The notes beneath the pieces were generated by a model, which made no database searches, was not told the origin of the DNA, and saw nothing but the letters and a program-made list of their open reading frames with translations. The position numbers and the translations under genes were made by a program. This document shows, piece by piece, positions 8,879 to 17,997 of a DNA stretch of 64,000 nt; the first letter of the stretch is position 1, and the number at the start of each line of letters is the position of its first letter. The stretch is from Candidatus Kerfeldbacteria bacterium (GTDB lineage: Bacteria; Patescibacteriota; Patescibacteriia; SBBC01; CAIJZX01). The DNA is taken from assembly GCA_903825245.1 (NCBI GenBank), contig CAIJZX010000016.1, positions 66,100-130,099 on the forward strand, given 5' to 3'.

Positions 8879-10558
8879 CATAGCAATATCACCGAATTAG
8901 CAATCCTGTTGTCGGCCACAGCCATCGTGGGCATGGTGGCACGAGTTTTACGTCAGCCAATGATTTTAGCCTACCTGGTGGTCGGCGGCATTATTAGTGC
9001 GTTAGGAATTATTCGTATCAGTTCGAGTCCGCTGTATACGACCTTTGGCGATCTTGGGGTAACGTTTTTATTGTTCCTCATTGGCTTAGAAATCAACGTC
9101 AGTTCACTGAAAAAAGTTGGTCCGGCTTCAATCGTCCTCGGCATCGGCCAAATCGTCATTACCTTTGTCGGCGGATTTTTTCTTGGTCTCTTAATGGGAC
9201 TGAGTCCCATTAGCGCCGCGTACATTGCTATCGCTTTAACATTCTCCAGCACGGTCATTGTCGTCAAATTACTGTCGGAAAAACAAGACATGAATTCTCT
9301 CTACGGCAAACTGTCGCTGGGAATTCTGTTAGTGCAAGACGTCGTTGCAATTTTATTGCTTGTTGTTCTAGCCGGCTTACGCCCGGGTGAGGGGATGACG
9401 TTGGCGCCGGTGGTGTTAACGGTCGGTGAAGCATTATTGTTGTTTGCCTTTACCTACTGGCTGGGACGGACGATCATGCCCAAGCTCTTCGAACAATTCG
9501 CCCGATCAGAAGAATTATTATTCATCACCAGTTTGGCGTGGGTTCTCCTCATGTCTGCAGCCGTGCAAAAACTAGGCTTCTCCATTGAGATCGGCGGATT
9601 CCTGGCCGGACTGTCACTCGCCAATTCATCGATGCATTACCAAATCGCCAGTCGTGTGCGGCCTCTGCGTGATTTTTTTATCGCCTTGTTCTTCATTGTC
9701 CTTGGCAGTTCCGTTGTGTTGTCAAACTTTTCTGATGTCACAATGCCGGTAATTGTTTTTTCACTCTTCGTTCTCATCGGTAATCCGGTGATCGTCCTCA
9801 TCATTATGGGTTTCATGGGCTATCATCGTCGTACCAGCTTTTTAACCGGTATCACGGTCGCTCAAATATCTGAGTTTTCACTTGTCCTAGCCGCGCTCGG
9901 TTTACGACTCGGGCATATTACGAATGCTGATGTGACGATTATTACCGCCGTTGGCGTCATCACGATTGCTCTTTCATCGTACATGATGATCTATGGTGAT
10001 AAGATATATCAGTTCATTACGCCAGTCGTCGCATTTTTTCATCGCGGCCACTTACCGCAGGAACCAATCGAAAAATCATCACTCGATAAACCGATTCTGC
10101 TCATCGGCGCGCACCGCATAGGACGGGCACTCGCTGACCGCTTACACAAAAAAGATTTACTGATTATGGATTTTGACCCCGATGTTATTGTGTCGTTGAA
10201 GCACGATGGCTATCGCACCGTCTTTGGTGACAGTAATGACACTGACTTGATGTCGGAAATACCTTTCAAACACGTGAAATTAATTATTTCTACGTCGCCC
10301 GATGTTGAAGATAATGTACACTTGCTAGCATATTCACGATGCCAACCCGGCGCCAAGAAACGTAAGCTCATTATGCGTGCCGACAACGATTTCGATGCTG
10401 CCACGTTGTACAAACACGGCGTGGATTATGTCCTTCAACCGCAATTGTCGACCGGACAATACCTCGGACGCATGATTCGCAGTGATAAAACATTAAAAAT
10501 TCTCGAACAGCTTCGTACCCACGACCTCTCACTCGCTCACCGCACCGCCCATGAGTAA
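8876..10558 (+). CDS. CPA2-family cation:proton antiporter with C-terminal RCK/TrkA-N domain (KefB/KefC-like)
   Basis: About 12 TM helices followed by a Rossmann-like ILLIGAHRIGRALA motif. Confidence 0.75.
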   Translation: MHSNITELAILLSATAIVGMVARVLRQPMILAYLVVGGIISALGIIRISSSPLYTTFGDLGVTFLLFLIGLEINVSSLKKVGPASIVLGIGQIVITFVGGFFLGLLMGLSPISAAYIAIALTFSSTVIVVKLLSEKQDMNSLYGKLSLGILLVQDVVAILLLVVLAGLRPGEGMTLAPVVLTVGEALLLFAFTYWLGRTIMPKLFEQFARSEELLFITSLAWVLLMSAAVQKLGFSIEIGGFLAGLSLANSSMHYQIASRVRPLRDFFIALFFIVLGSSVVLSNFSDVTMPVIVFSLFVLIGNPVIVLIIMGFMGYHRRTSFLTGITVAQISEFSLVLAALGLRLGHITNADVTIITAVGVITIALSSYMMIYGDKIYQFITPVVAFFHRGHLPQEPIEKSSLDKPILLIGAHRIGRALADRLHKKDLLIMDFDPDVIVSLKHDGYRTVFGDSNDTDLMSEIPFKHVKLIISTSPDVEDNVHLLAYSRCQPGAKKRKLIMRADNDFDAATLYKHGVDYVLQPQLSTGQYLGRMIRSDKTLKILEQLRTHDLSLAHRTAHE

Positions 10559-11948
10559 TCTGACTATCACGTTTTGCGGTGCCGACGGCGCCGTCACCGG
10601 CTCGAAACATTTACTTGATGATGGCCAGCACAAATTGCTGCTCGATTGCGGTCTCGAACAGGGGAGAGATCAGGCACCGCACCAGGATCAATTACCGTTC
10701 AACGCGCAAGAAATCAACGCCGTCGTTATTTCTCACGCCCATCTCGACCATATCGGATTACTCCCGGTACTCGTGAAACAAGGCTTTACCGGAAAAATAT
10801 ATTCTACTGATGCCACCAAAGATTTAAGCGAACAAATTCTTCTCGATGCCGCGCATTTACAGGAACAAGACGCCGCCTATGCCGCGAAAAAAAAGTGGGA
10901 AGGATGGGATCAAATACATCCGTTATATACCGTCGATGACATCGGTCCGGTAATGGAAAAGTGGCAAACAATTCCGTATCAGTTTATCCAATCTGGGTGG
11001 ACAGATGTTTTGCCGAGTGTACAAGTAAAACTGTATGATGCGGGCCACATTCTCGGTTCAGCAGTCACTGTCGTTTCGATGGGCGGGACGACATTAGCCT
11101 ATACCGGTGACTTAGGCCGGTACGATGCACCGCTTTTACGCGACCCAGATCCACTAGCGGAAACAATTGAAACATTGATCATGGAATCAACCTACGGCAA
11201 TCGCTTGCATCATCCCGTGTCGGCAATTAACGATCAGCTCATTCAAGTGGTGAAGAACACCGCGATTCGCGGTGGGAAAATTATCGTCCCGGCATTCTCG
11301 CTCGGCCGAACGCAAGAATTCGTCTACATCATCCACAAACTCACCGACGAAGGATTGTTTCCGCGCATTCCGATTGTAGTTGATAGTCCACTGGCCAGCC
11401 GTATCACAGCAGTTTTCACGAAGCATCAACAGGACTATGATAAAGCCGTCGGCGAAGATTTCTCACGCAAAGGTGAAGATCCTTTGATATTCAGCAACTT
11501 GCGCTACACGCAAACCGTCGAAGAATCGAAAGCGTTGAATACGACACCCGGTCCGTTAATCATTATTAGTGCCTCCGGTATGGCCAGCGGCGGCCGCGTT
11601 ATGCACCATCTCGCGAATAACCTTGCTGATCCAAAAAACACGATTCTCTTTACCGGTTACCAAGCTGTCGGAACACTCGGCCGATCCCTGGTCGAAGGAG
11701 CGAAACAAGTCCACATGTTCGGCCAGAAAATCGCTGTACGAGCCGAAATATCGGTTCTGAACGACCTTTCGGCGCATGCTGACGCTTTAGAGCTTGAACG
11801 GTATTCCGGGGCTATAAACGGCCTCCAGCGCGTCTTCCTCGTTCACGGCGAGCAAGACCGTTCCGAAGCCCTCCGCGACAGCCTCCTGATGCGCCATCCG
11901 CAGTGGAAGGTGATCGTGCCGCATGTGGGGGAAGTAGAGACGATCTAA
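10551..11948 (+). CDS. MBL-fold beta-CASP ribonuclease (RNase J/CPSF-like)
   Basis: HAHLDHIG metallo-beta-lactamase motif. Later beta-CASP region with ESTYG and HADA... motifs. Confidence 0.7.
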   Translation: MSNLTITFCGADGAVTGSKHLLDDGQHKLLLDCGLEQGRDQAPHQDQLPFNAQEINAVVISHAHLDHIGLLPVLVKQGFTGKIYSTDATKDLSEQILLDAAHLQEQDAAYAAKKKWEGWDQIHPLYTVDDIGPVMEKWQTIPYQFIQSGWTDVLPSVQVKLYDAGHILGSAVTVVSMGGTTLAYTGDLGRYDAPLLRDPDPLAETIETLIMESTYGNRLHHPVSAINDQLIQVVKNTAIRGGKIIVPAFSLGRTQEFVYIIHKLTDEGLFPRIPIVVDSPLASRITAVFTKHQQDYDKAVGEDFSRKGEDPLIFSNLRYTQTVEESKALNTTPGPLIIISASGMASGGRVMHHLANNLADPKNTILFTGYQAVGTLGRSLVEGAKQVHMFGQKIAVRAEISVLNDLSAHADALELERYSGAINGLQRVFLVHGEQDRSEALRDSLLMRHPQWKVIVPHVGEVETI

Positions 11949-11961
11949 CAAAAATCTATAC

Positions 11962-12000
11962 AACACGTAGCTGGGGGTTTCAAACCCCCGGCTACGTGTT
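11962..12000 (+). terminator. Perfect 16-bp-stem hairpin after the ribonuclease gene
   Basis: AACACGTAGCTGGGGG-TTTCAAA-CCCCCGGCTACGTGTT. No downstream T-tract. Confidence 0.5.
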
Positions 12001-12156
12001 GACAAAAACCCCGAAATACGCTAGCATCAAGCGTTATTTTGCGTTCTGCAAAATAACCCCGCTAAGGAGCACCAAACGGTGTTCCAGTGTGTCTCTCCCA
12101 GGACACGAGTCATTTCGACGGAGCGGGTTCCGGCTACAACGGCCAGGAGGAACACG

Positions 12157-12618
12157 ATGGGAAACGAGAGACAGTACATTCGCAACTTGGCGCTCAGCTT
12201 GATGGGCGAGCTGAGGGTCGATCAGGAGATCTTCAGTCGGTGGGAAACGTTCCCGCCGCCGATACGGCCAGCGCAAGCGATGAATTCGCACTGCGGTCTT
12301 CTTTTACATCGTAAGATGTGGAAAATGACGCCCACCACATTAGGTCGTATTGCTTCATTTGGCCGACGCGACCTGCGTCCCGAGTTCGAGCCAGTGGGCA
12401 CGACACTGCACGATGTGCTCGGCGAAGACGCGCTCTCGACTTGTCACTGGGGCGGAACGCTTCTTCACATGATCGCTCACGCTACGATCATCGCCGAGAT
12501 GGTCGACATCCTGTTCGAGCAACTGACGCCTGAACAGCGGGAGAGGTTTCGGTCCAAGAGTGATGACAGAATTCCCACTGGTCGTCAGCCTGGGCGCTCA
12601 GTAAACCTGGTCTTTTAA
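12157..12618 (+). CDS. Hypothetical protein encoded by a GC-rich, compositionally atypical gene
   Basis: A strong AGGAGG lies 6 nt before the ATG. Codon usage is visibly GC3-rich, unlike neighbouring genes. No recognisable domain. Confidence 0.45.
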   Translation: MGNERQYIRNLALSLMGELRVDQEIFSRWETFPPPIRPAQAMNSHCGLLLHRKMWKMTPTTLGRIASFGRRDLRPEFEPVGTTLHDVLGEDALSTCHWGGTLLHMIAHATIIAEMVDILFEQLTPEQRERFRSKSDDRIPTGRQPGRSVNLVF

Positions 12619-12645
12619 CCCTTCGGCCTGCAGGCAAAAGCCGGC

Positions 12646-12676
12646 CACCTCGTACGACAGTGCGAGGTGTTTTTCT
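12646..12676 (+). terminator. Rho-independent terminator
   Basis: CACCTCG...CGAGGTG stem followed by TTTTTCT. Confidence 0.6.
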
Positions 12677-12692
12677 GTATCACAAAACGGCG
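12676..12692 (+). repeat. 17-bp direct repeat, copy A (TGTATCACAAAACGGCG)
   Basis: Exact copy at 14068-14084. Both copies sit immediately after terminator T-tracts, and together they bracket the NHL lipoprotein gene. Confidence 0.75.
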
Positions 12693-12821
12693 ATTATGAT
12701 CTTTCAGGAGCATTCTTCTATATGATTGAAAGGATAGCTTCATATATTGACTCCGTATTCACTCAGGTGTAGGGTCGGAATACACCTTGACAATTCACTC
12801 AAACCTCACAGAGGGGGTCGT

Positions 12822-13976
12822 ATGCGCCCGATCTGGCTCTACCTCGTATGGATGTGTTTGGCTACCGTTCTCGTTTGTGGCTGTTCGAAGAAACACCTGA
12901 CGAACCTCACTGAACCAAAGGCAGTCGGGAGTCTTCATGTCTACTGCGCTCCATCAGGGTCAACGATCTATGTCGATGGTCAGGGCGCGGCAAGTGATTC
13001 AGGTTGGTACCGAGACCTTCCGGTTGGACGCCATATCGTTACGGGTCAGGCAAGGTATTTCCTGACCATAAATGATACCGTTATGGTTATGGCTGATTCG
13101 ATTGCGGTGGTTCATCTGCAGCTCGCTCCAGTGATTCGATGGGGGCCAGACGGCACACCGAAATCAGAATTCAGTTATGCCATGGGAATTGCTGTCGATC
13201 ACCATGGAAATATTTTTGTGGCCGACGCCGACGCAAACTTGATTTACAAGTTTGACGAAAATGGCACACCGCTGACAAAGTGGGGAGCAACCGGGAATGG
13301 GGGGACACTCAATTATCCGTTGGCTGTTGCTGTTGACGCCGCAGATAACATCTATGTTGTTGATCACTTCGGCTGGAGCTTGAATAAGTTCTCTAACAAT
13401 GGGAACTGGATAGCTTCTCTCGGCGGATGGATTTCGTATCCACTGGGTGTAGCCCTCGACCCAGCCGGTAACATCTATGTCACCAGCACGCAAGGTTGGA
13501 GTGTAGACGGTGCCGTCATCAAATTCGATCCTACAGGAAAAGTTGTTTCCCGGTGGGGTCCAGAGTCGCTCGGCGTAGGAAGTATGGACTATCCATGCGG
13601 TATCGATCTTGATCGATCCGGAAACATCTATGCTGTAGACATGTTCAAGGGTCGAATCGTCAAGCTCAATCCGAATGGTGCCTACCTGACTTCATTCGGT
13701 ACGCCAGGGACTGGCGACGGTATGCTGACTAATCCTCGTGGAATCGCCATCGATGCCGTTGGCCAAATCTATGTCGCCGACTCCGATAATAATCGGATCG
13801 TAAAGTTCGACCAAAACGGGAAGTTCCTGACCGCGTGGAATGGCGGAGGAGGGGACTTCTTCAGCGATCCGTGTGAAGTAGCGATTGACCCGAGGAATGG
13901 CGACCTGCTGGTGGTCTGTCCTGGCAGTGTCTGGAAGTATCACAAAAATGCCCCACCAATGGCATCAGTACATTGA
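12822..13976 (+). CDS. NHL-repeat (six-bladed beta-propeller) lipoprotein
   Basis: GAGGGGG Shine-Dalgarno before the ATG. Lipobox LVCGC. Multiple NHL-type repeats: GIAVDHHGNIFVAD, LAVAVDAADNIYVVD, GVALDPAGNIYVT, GIAIDAVGQIYVAD, VAIDPRNGDLLVV. Confidence 0.7.
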   Translation: MRPIWLYLVWMCLATVLVCGCSKKHLTNLTEPKAVGSLHVYCAPSGSTIYVDGQGAASDSGWYRDLPVGRHIVTGQARYFLTINDTVMVMADSIAVVHLQLAPVIRWGPDGTPKSEFSYAMGIAVDHHGNIFVADADANLIYKFDENGTPLTKWGATGNGGTLNYPLAVAVDAADNIYVVDHFGWSLNKFSNNGNWIASLGGWISYPLGVALDPAGNIYVTSTQGWSVDGAVIKFDPTGKVVSRWGPESLGVGSMDYPCGIDLDRSGNIYAVDMFKGRIVKLNPNGAYLTSFGTPGTGDGMLTNPRGIAIDAVGQIYVADSDNNRIVKFDQNGKFLTAWNGGGGDFFSDPCEVAIDPRNGDLLVVCPGSVWKYHKNAPPMASVH

Positions 13977-14021
13977 TGGACTACTGGCCCGATTGGAAGG
14001 AAACGAGTATTGCTCCAAGTA

Positions 14022-14057
14022 GACCGATGTATGTACACACATCGGTCTTTTTCTTTT
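14022..14057 (+). terminator. Rho-independent terminator of the NHL gene
   Basis: GACCGATGT...ACATCGGTC stem followed by TTTTTCTTTT. Confidence 0.65.
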
Positions 14058-14067
14058 GAGAATATTG

Positions 14068-14084
14068 TGTATCACAAAACGGCG
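14068..14084 (+). repeat. 17-bp direct repeat, copy B
   Basis: TGTATCACAAAACGGCG merges into the hup terminator hairpin AACGGCGC-TTGC-GCGCCGTT (14078-14097). Confidence 0.75.
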
Positions 14085-14116
14085 CTTGCGCGCCGTTCGT
14101 GGTAAAAACTGCGTAA

Positions 14117-14410
14117 TTACTTACCGAGGATCGAATCCTTGGCTTGTTTGGCGACGCGGAATTTGCAGACCGTCTTGGCTGGGATCTGGATCGTGGCGCC
14201 CGTGGCCGGATTGCGACCTTGGCGAGCGGCGCGATTCTTTTTCATCAGTTTGCCGAGTCCCGGGAGGGTGATTTCGCCGGCAGTCTTAGCCTGCTTATAG
14301 GCGGTATCAACGATTAAATCCCAGAAGGTTGCGACATCCTTCTTGCTCATGTTCGACTTCTCGGCCAGGAAGGCGATGAAGCCCGACTTCGTCATTGGTT
14401 TGTCTGCCAT
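14117..14410 (-). CDS. hup: DNA-binding protein HU
   Basis: About 97 aa with the HU/IHF arm motif RNPATGATIQIPAKTVCKFRVAK. Confidence 0.85.
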   Translation of the reverse strand: MADKPMTKSGFIAFLAEKSNMSKKDVATFWDLIVDTAYKQAKTAGEITLPGLGKLMKKNRAARQGRNPATGATIQIPAKTVCKFRVAKQAKDSILGK

Positions 14411-14545
14411 ACGCGTATGCGTTATTTATTTAGTAAAACCTGAGTTATGCCCAAAGAGTATAGCAAATCCCTAGCAAATTGCCTATGTTTTTACAATCCA
14501 CAACCATCCGATAAAAATACGTGTGCAAGCAATGCAATGAAGAAA

Positions 14546-14561
14546 GCGCTAATCTTAGCGC
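14546..14561 (+). promoter_or_regulatory. Palindromic operator-like site GCGCTAA-TC-TTAGCGC in the divergent hup / trxB control region
   Basis: 7-bp inverted half-sites with a 2-bp spacer, read directly. Confidence 0.25.
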
Positions 14562-14569
14562 AGAGTCTG

Positions 14570-14598
14570 TTTATTTCGTCGATGCAATGTGCTACAAT
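14570..14598 (+). promoter_or_regulatory. Extended -10 promoter (TGcTACAAT) just upstream of the trxB ATG, possibly giving a leaderless mRNA
   Basis: TACAAT at 14593-14598 preceded by TG. The ATG at 14606 lies about 7 nt downstream of the -10. Confidence 0.35.
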
Positions 14599-14605
14599 CA
14601 GGCCT

Positions 14606-15526
14606 ATGAAACACCACAAACTCATCATCATCGGTTCAGGTCCGGCAGGGTATACCGCGGCAATTTATGCCGGACGCGCAGAGTTATCACCACTCGTGGC
14701 GGCTGGTCCGGAACCAGGTGGACAACTCACCACGACCACCGAAGTTGAAAATTTTCCCGGATTTCCGAACGGCATCGTCGGTCCGGATCTCATGCAAGCT
14801 ATGCGCGACCAGGCCACGAAATTCGGAACGGAAGTTGTTGATGCGAGCGTGACGAAAGTCAATTTGAAAAGCACACCACTATCAATCACGATCGGCGACG
14901 AAGAACATACTACCGATTGCGTGATTATTGCTACCGGCGCTTCGGCCTTGTGGCTCGGTCAAACGAACGAGCAACGTCTGCGAGGTAAAGGCGTATCGGC
15001 CTGCGCGACCTGCGACGGATTTTTCTTCAAAGGAAAAGCTGTCGCCGTTGTCGGCGGGGGAGACGCGGCGATGGAAGAAGCGACATTCCTAACAAAGTTC
15101 GCCAATCATGTGACGGTACTCGTCCGCAGTGATAAGCTTCGTGCCAGCAAACCGATGATTAAACGTGCCGAAGAGAATCCGAAAATTACTATTCGGTACA
15201 ACACGGTCGTTACTGATATACTGGGCGAAGCAACTGTCACCGGATTGAAACTGAAACATGTGATTGATAGTACAGAAGAAGAACTTCCGGTTGGCGGATT
15301 ATTCCTGGCAATCGGCCATCGCCCAAATACCGATGTATTCCGCGACCAACTCGAACTCGATCAAAAAGGCTACATCGTTATTCAAAATCAAGTCTTAACA
15401 TCCATACCCGGCGTCTTTGTCGCCGGCGATGTCGCAGATTATCGATATCGACAAGCCATCACTGCGGCCGGTTGGGGATGTATGGCCGCGCTTGAAGCGG
15501 AAAAATTCTTGAGCCACAAGGAGTAG
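14606..15526 (+). CDS. trxB: Thioredoxin-disulfide reductase
   Basis: GSGPAGYTAAIYA FAD motif, redox-active CATCDG, second GGGDAAMEEA NADPH motif. Start moved to MKHHKLIII. Confidence 0.85.
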   Translation: MKHHKLIIIGSGPAGYTAAIYAGRAELSPLVAAGPEPGGQLTTTTEVENFPGFPNGIVGPDLMQAMRDQATKFGTEVVDASVTKVNLKSTPLSITIGDEEHTTDCVIIATGASALWLGQTNEQRLRGKGVSACATCDGFFFKGKAVAVVGGGDAAMEEATFLTKFANHVTVLVRSDKLRASKPMIKRAEENPKITIRYNTVVTDILGEATVTGLKLKHVIDSTEEELPVGGLFLAIGHRPNTDVFRDQLELDQKGYIVIQNQVLTSIPGVFVAGDVADYRYRQAITAAGWGCMAALEAEKFLSHKE

Positions 15527-15527
15527 T

Positions 15528-15833
15528 ATGGCCACTCGGACTGACATTGAAGCCGCACTCAAGAATTGCATCGACCCAGAACTCGGGATTGACATCGTTA
15601 ATCTTGGATTGCTCCGTGACATTCAAATAACTAATGACAAGGTCACGATTACGATGACGCTCACCACGCCTGGTTGCCCATTGATACCATATTTCCATCA
15701 GCAAATCATCGCCATGACGAAGAAAGCTGCCGAAGTTGGTACTGTTGACGTCGTCGTCACATTTGAGCCGCCATGGTCGCCGGATGACATGAGTGCCGAC
15801 GCGAAACGTCAATTGACCATGCTTCGGGGTTGA
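15528..15833 (+). CDS. DUF59/MIP18-family Fe-S cluster assembly protein (SufT-like)
   Basis: DPELGIDIVNLGL...TLTTPGCP motif. Confidence 0.7.
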   Translation: MATRTDIEAALKNCIDPELGIDIVNLGLLRDIQITNDKVTITMTLTTPGCPLIPYFHQQIIAMTKKAAEVGTVDVVVTFEPPWSPDDMSADAKRQLTMLRG

Positions 15834-15867
15834 CGTACACTACACATACACTATTAACACCAACCGT

Positions 15868-16053
15868 ATGAATCATCGCCTTATTTCCATCATCGGACTC
15901 GCCGCCGTGTTGATTGTTCTTGGTGCCGCGTGTTCAAAAAAACAAGCAACCACGACCAATACCGTCGTCAATACCGTTCCCGTGGTAAATACGACACCTA
16001 CGAATTCGATCACGACCGGTACATTTAGCACCACCCCAGAGAACAGCCAATAG
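15868..16053 (+). CDS. Small Thr/Asn-rich lipoprotein
   Basis: Signal peptide with lipobox LGAAC, followed by a low-complexity T/N-rich tail. Confidence 0.4.
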   Translation: MNHRLISIIGLAAVLIVLGAACSKKQATTTNTVVNTVPVVNTTPTNSITTGTFSTTPENSQ

Positions 16054-16055
16054 CC

Positions 16056-16502
16056 ATGATTTATATTGTTTCTGATCACGGCGGATTTGACGCGAAAGGA
16101 CACCTCACGCGCTGGTTAACGTCGCACAAAATTCCGGTCATTGACCTCGGTCCGGAAAAGGTTGACCCAAATGACGATTATCCGATGTGGGCAGCGCGGT
16201 TAGCGAAACAAGTTCAGCGTTCAAAAAAATCATTTGGCATCGCACTCTGCCGATCCGGCGTCGGCATGGCCTTAGTCGCCAATAAATTTTCCGGCATTCG
16301 CGCAGCACAAGCCTTTACTCCGGTTATGGCCGCCCGCAGTCGCCAGGACGAAGACAGTAACGTCTTGGCCTTAGCCGCAGATTATTTATCCCAACGTGAA
16401 TTACGTTCGATAGTTCGCACTTGGCTGACTACGAAGTTTAAAGCCAAGGCACGCTACCAGCGCCGCTTGAAAGAAATTCGCGCGCTCGAACATGGCCGTT
16501 GA
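16056..16502 (+). CDS. rpiB: Ribose-5-phosphate isomerase B
   Basis: RpiB/LacAB fold motifs SDHGG...GIALCRSGVGMALVANKF. Confidence 0.8.
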   Translation: MIYIVSDHGGFDAKGHLTRWLTSHKIPVIDLGPEKVDPNDDYPMWAARLAKQVQRSKKSFGIALCRSGVGMALVANKFSGIRAAQAFTPVMAARSRQDEDSNVLALAADYLSQRELRSIVRTWLTTKFKAKARYQRRLKEIRALEHGR

Positions 16503-17133
16503 ACTCAGTCCGTCAGTTCTCGCGACTACGCCGAAACAATTTCGGGAGCGTTTGAAGCTGGCGCACAAGCTTTCGAAGCACATCCATATTGATATCATGG
16601 ACGGTGTTTTTGTAAAAACCAAGTCGATTGGCATTGGTGCCATGCAAAAAATCACCGTACCGAAGAACTCCAGCATCCACGCTATGGTCGCACATCCCGA
16701 AAACTACCTTGAAGTATTTACAACGTACAAACCGCGTCGCGTTTTTTTACAGGCGGAATTAAAAACAGCATTGCCTCCGGTCATCCAACAACTGCATAAA
16801 CTTCGCATTTCTGTCGGCATTGCAATTTCGCCGAAAACACGATTAAGCCCCGTTCAAAAATTTCTGAATCTCGGCGATCAGGTGCTTATCCTGACCGTTG
16901 ATCCGGGTCACTACCACGGTCGTTATCATCAGCAAATGATCCGCCGCGTTCAACAACTCCGCAAGATCATGCCCAAGACACCGATTGTTGTCGATGGCCA
17001 TATTGATACCGACACATTACCGGCCTACGCCAAAGCTGGTGCAAACGGCGCCGTCGTTGGTTCAGCTGTTATGCTCAACGATCATCCGGCGCAGTCCTGG
17101 CGCGAGCTCAGCAACCTGGCGAAACGACTGTAA
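16492..17133 (+). CDS. rpe: Ribulose-phosphate 3-epimerase
   Basis: HIDIMDGVFV motif plus C-terminal VDGHI...GANGAVVGSAV. Confidence 0.8.
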   Translation: MAVELSPSVLATTPKQFRERLKLAHKLSKHIHIDIMDGVFVKTKSIGIGAMQKITVPKNSSIHAMVAHPENYLEVFTTYKPRRVFLQAELKTALPPVIQQLHKLRISVGIAISPKTRLSPVQKFLNLGDQVLILTVDPGHYHGRYHQQMIRRVQQLRKIMPKTPIVVDGHIDTDTLPAYAKAGANGAVVGSAVMLNDHPAQSWRELSNLAKRL

Positions 17134-17151
17134 TTCTGCTATACTTCGCCC

Positions 17152-17997
17152 ATGCTTTCGACGCTTCAATCTGTTCTCGAAAAGGCACAACGCGGAAAAT
17201 ACGCAGTCGGAGCATTTAATATTTCCGACCTCGAACAAGCCCAAGCAGTCGTTACCGCGGCTGAAATTTTGCAATCGCCGGTGATTATTAACACTTCAGA
17301 AAAAGCGCTCGAATACGCCGGGATTGAAAATTTATCAGCGATTGTTACGTCGCTTGCCAAGCATGTCAAAGTTCCGGTCGTCTTAAACCTCGACCACGGA
17401 CGCGACGTGAAAATCGCTCACCATTGCCTCCAGCAAGGTTGGACGGGGATTATGTTTGACGGATCGAAATTACCGTATGAAGAAAATGTTGCAACGACTG
17501 CCGCGGTAAAAAAATACGCTAAGAAGTTCGGTGTTGGTGTTGAAGGTGAAATCGGTCAAGTGAAATACAAAGAGGACATGAAGATTTCCAAGAAACCAGT
17601 ACTGGCCACACCGGAAGAGGCGGTTGATTTTGTACAACGAACGCATGTTGATGCTCTCGCCGTTGGTATTGGCAATAGCCACGGCCTGCCAGTTCCGGGT
17701 GAACGATTACATTTTGATCTGTTACAGCGAATACATCGAGCGGTCAAAGTACCTTTAGTATTGCACGGCGCCTCAGGCACACCGACGGCGAGCATCAAAA
17801 AGGCGATTCACTATGGCATTTGTAAAATCAACATTGATACCGATCTGCGGCTTGTTTTTACAGCTAGTGTCCGCGAAACATTGAAAGACCAATCGATTTT
17901 TGATCCTCGCGCCTACTTAACTCCTGCTCGACACGCGATCATGGATGAAGTCAAGAAGAAAATAATGATGTTCGGTAGTAATGGCAAAGCCAAATGA
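17152..17997 (+). CDS. fba: Class II fructose-/tagatose-bisphosphate aldolase
   Basis: YAVGAFNI..., LNLDHG and LHGASG motifs. Confidence 0.8.
   Translation: MLSTLQSVLEKAQRGKYAVGAFNISDLEQAQAVVTAAEILQSPVIINTSEKALEYAGIENLSAIVTSLAKHVKVPVVLNLDHGRDVKIAHHCLQQGWTGIMFDGSKLPYEENVATTAAVKKYAKKFGVGVEGEIGQVKYKEDMKISKKPVLATPEEAVDFVQRTHVDALAVGIGNSHGLPVPGERLHFDLLQRIHRAVKVPLVLHGASGTPTASIKKAIHYGICKINIDTDLRLVFTASVRETLKDQSIFDPRAYLTPARHAIMDEVKKKIMMFGSNGKAK

Noticed and set aside
12079-12156. The upstream start at 12079 for the GC-rich hypothetical gene.
   Set aside because: The ATG at 12157 has a perfect AGGAGG Shine-Dalgarno at 6-nt spacing, and the preceding 26 codons are arginine-rich read-through.
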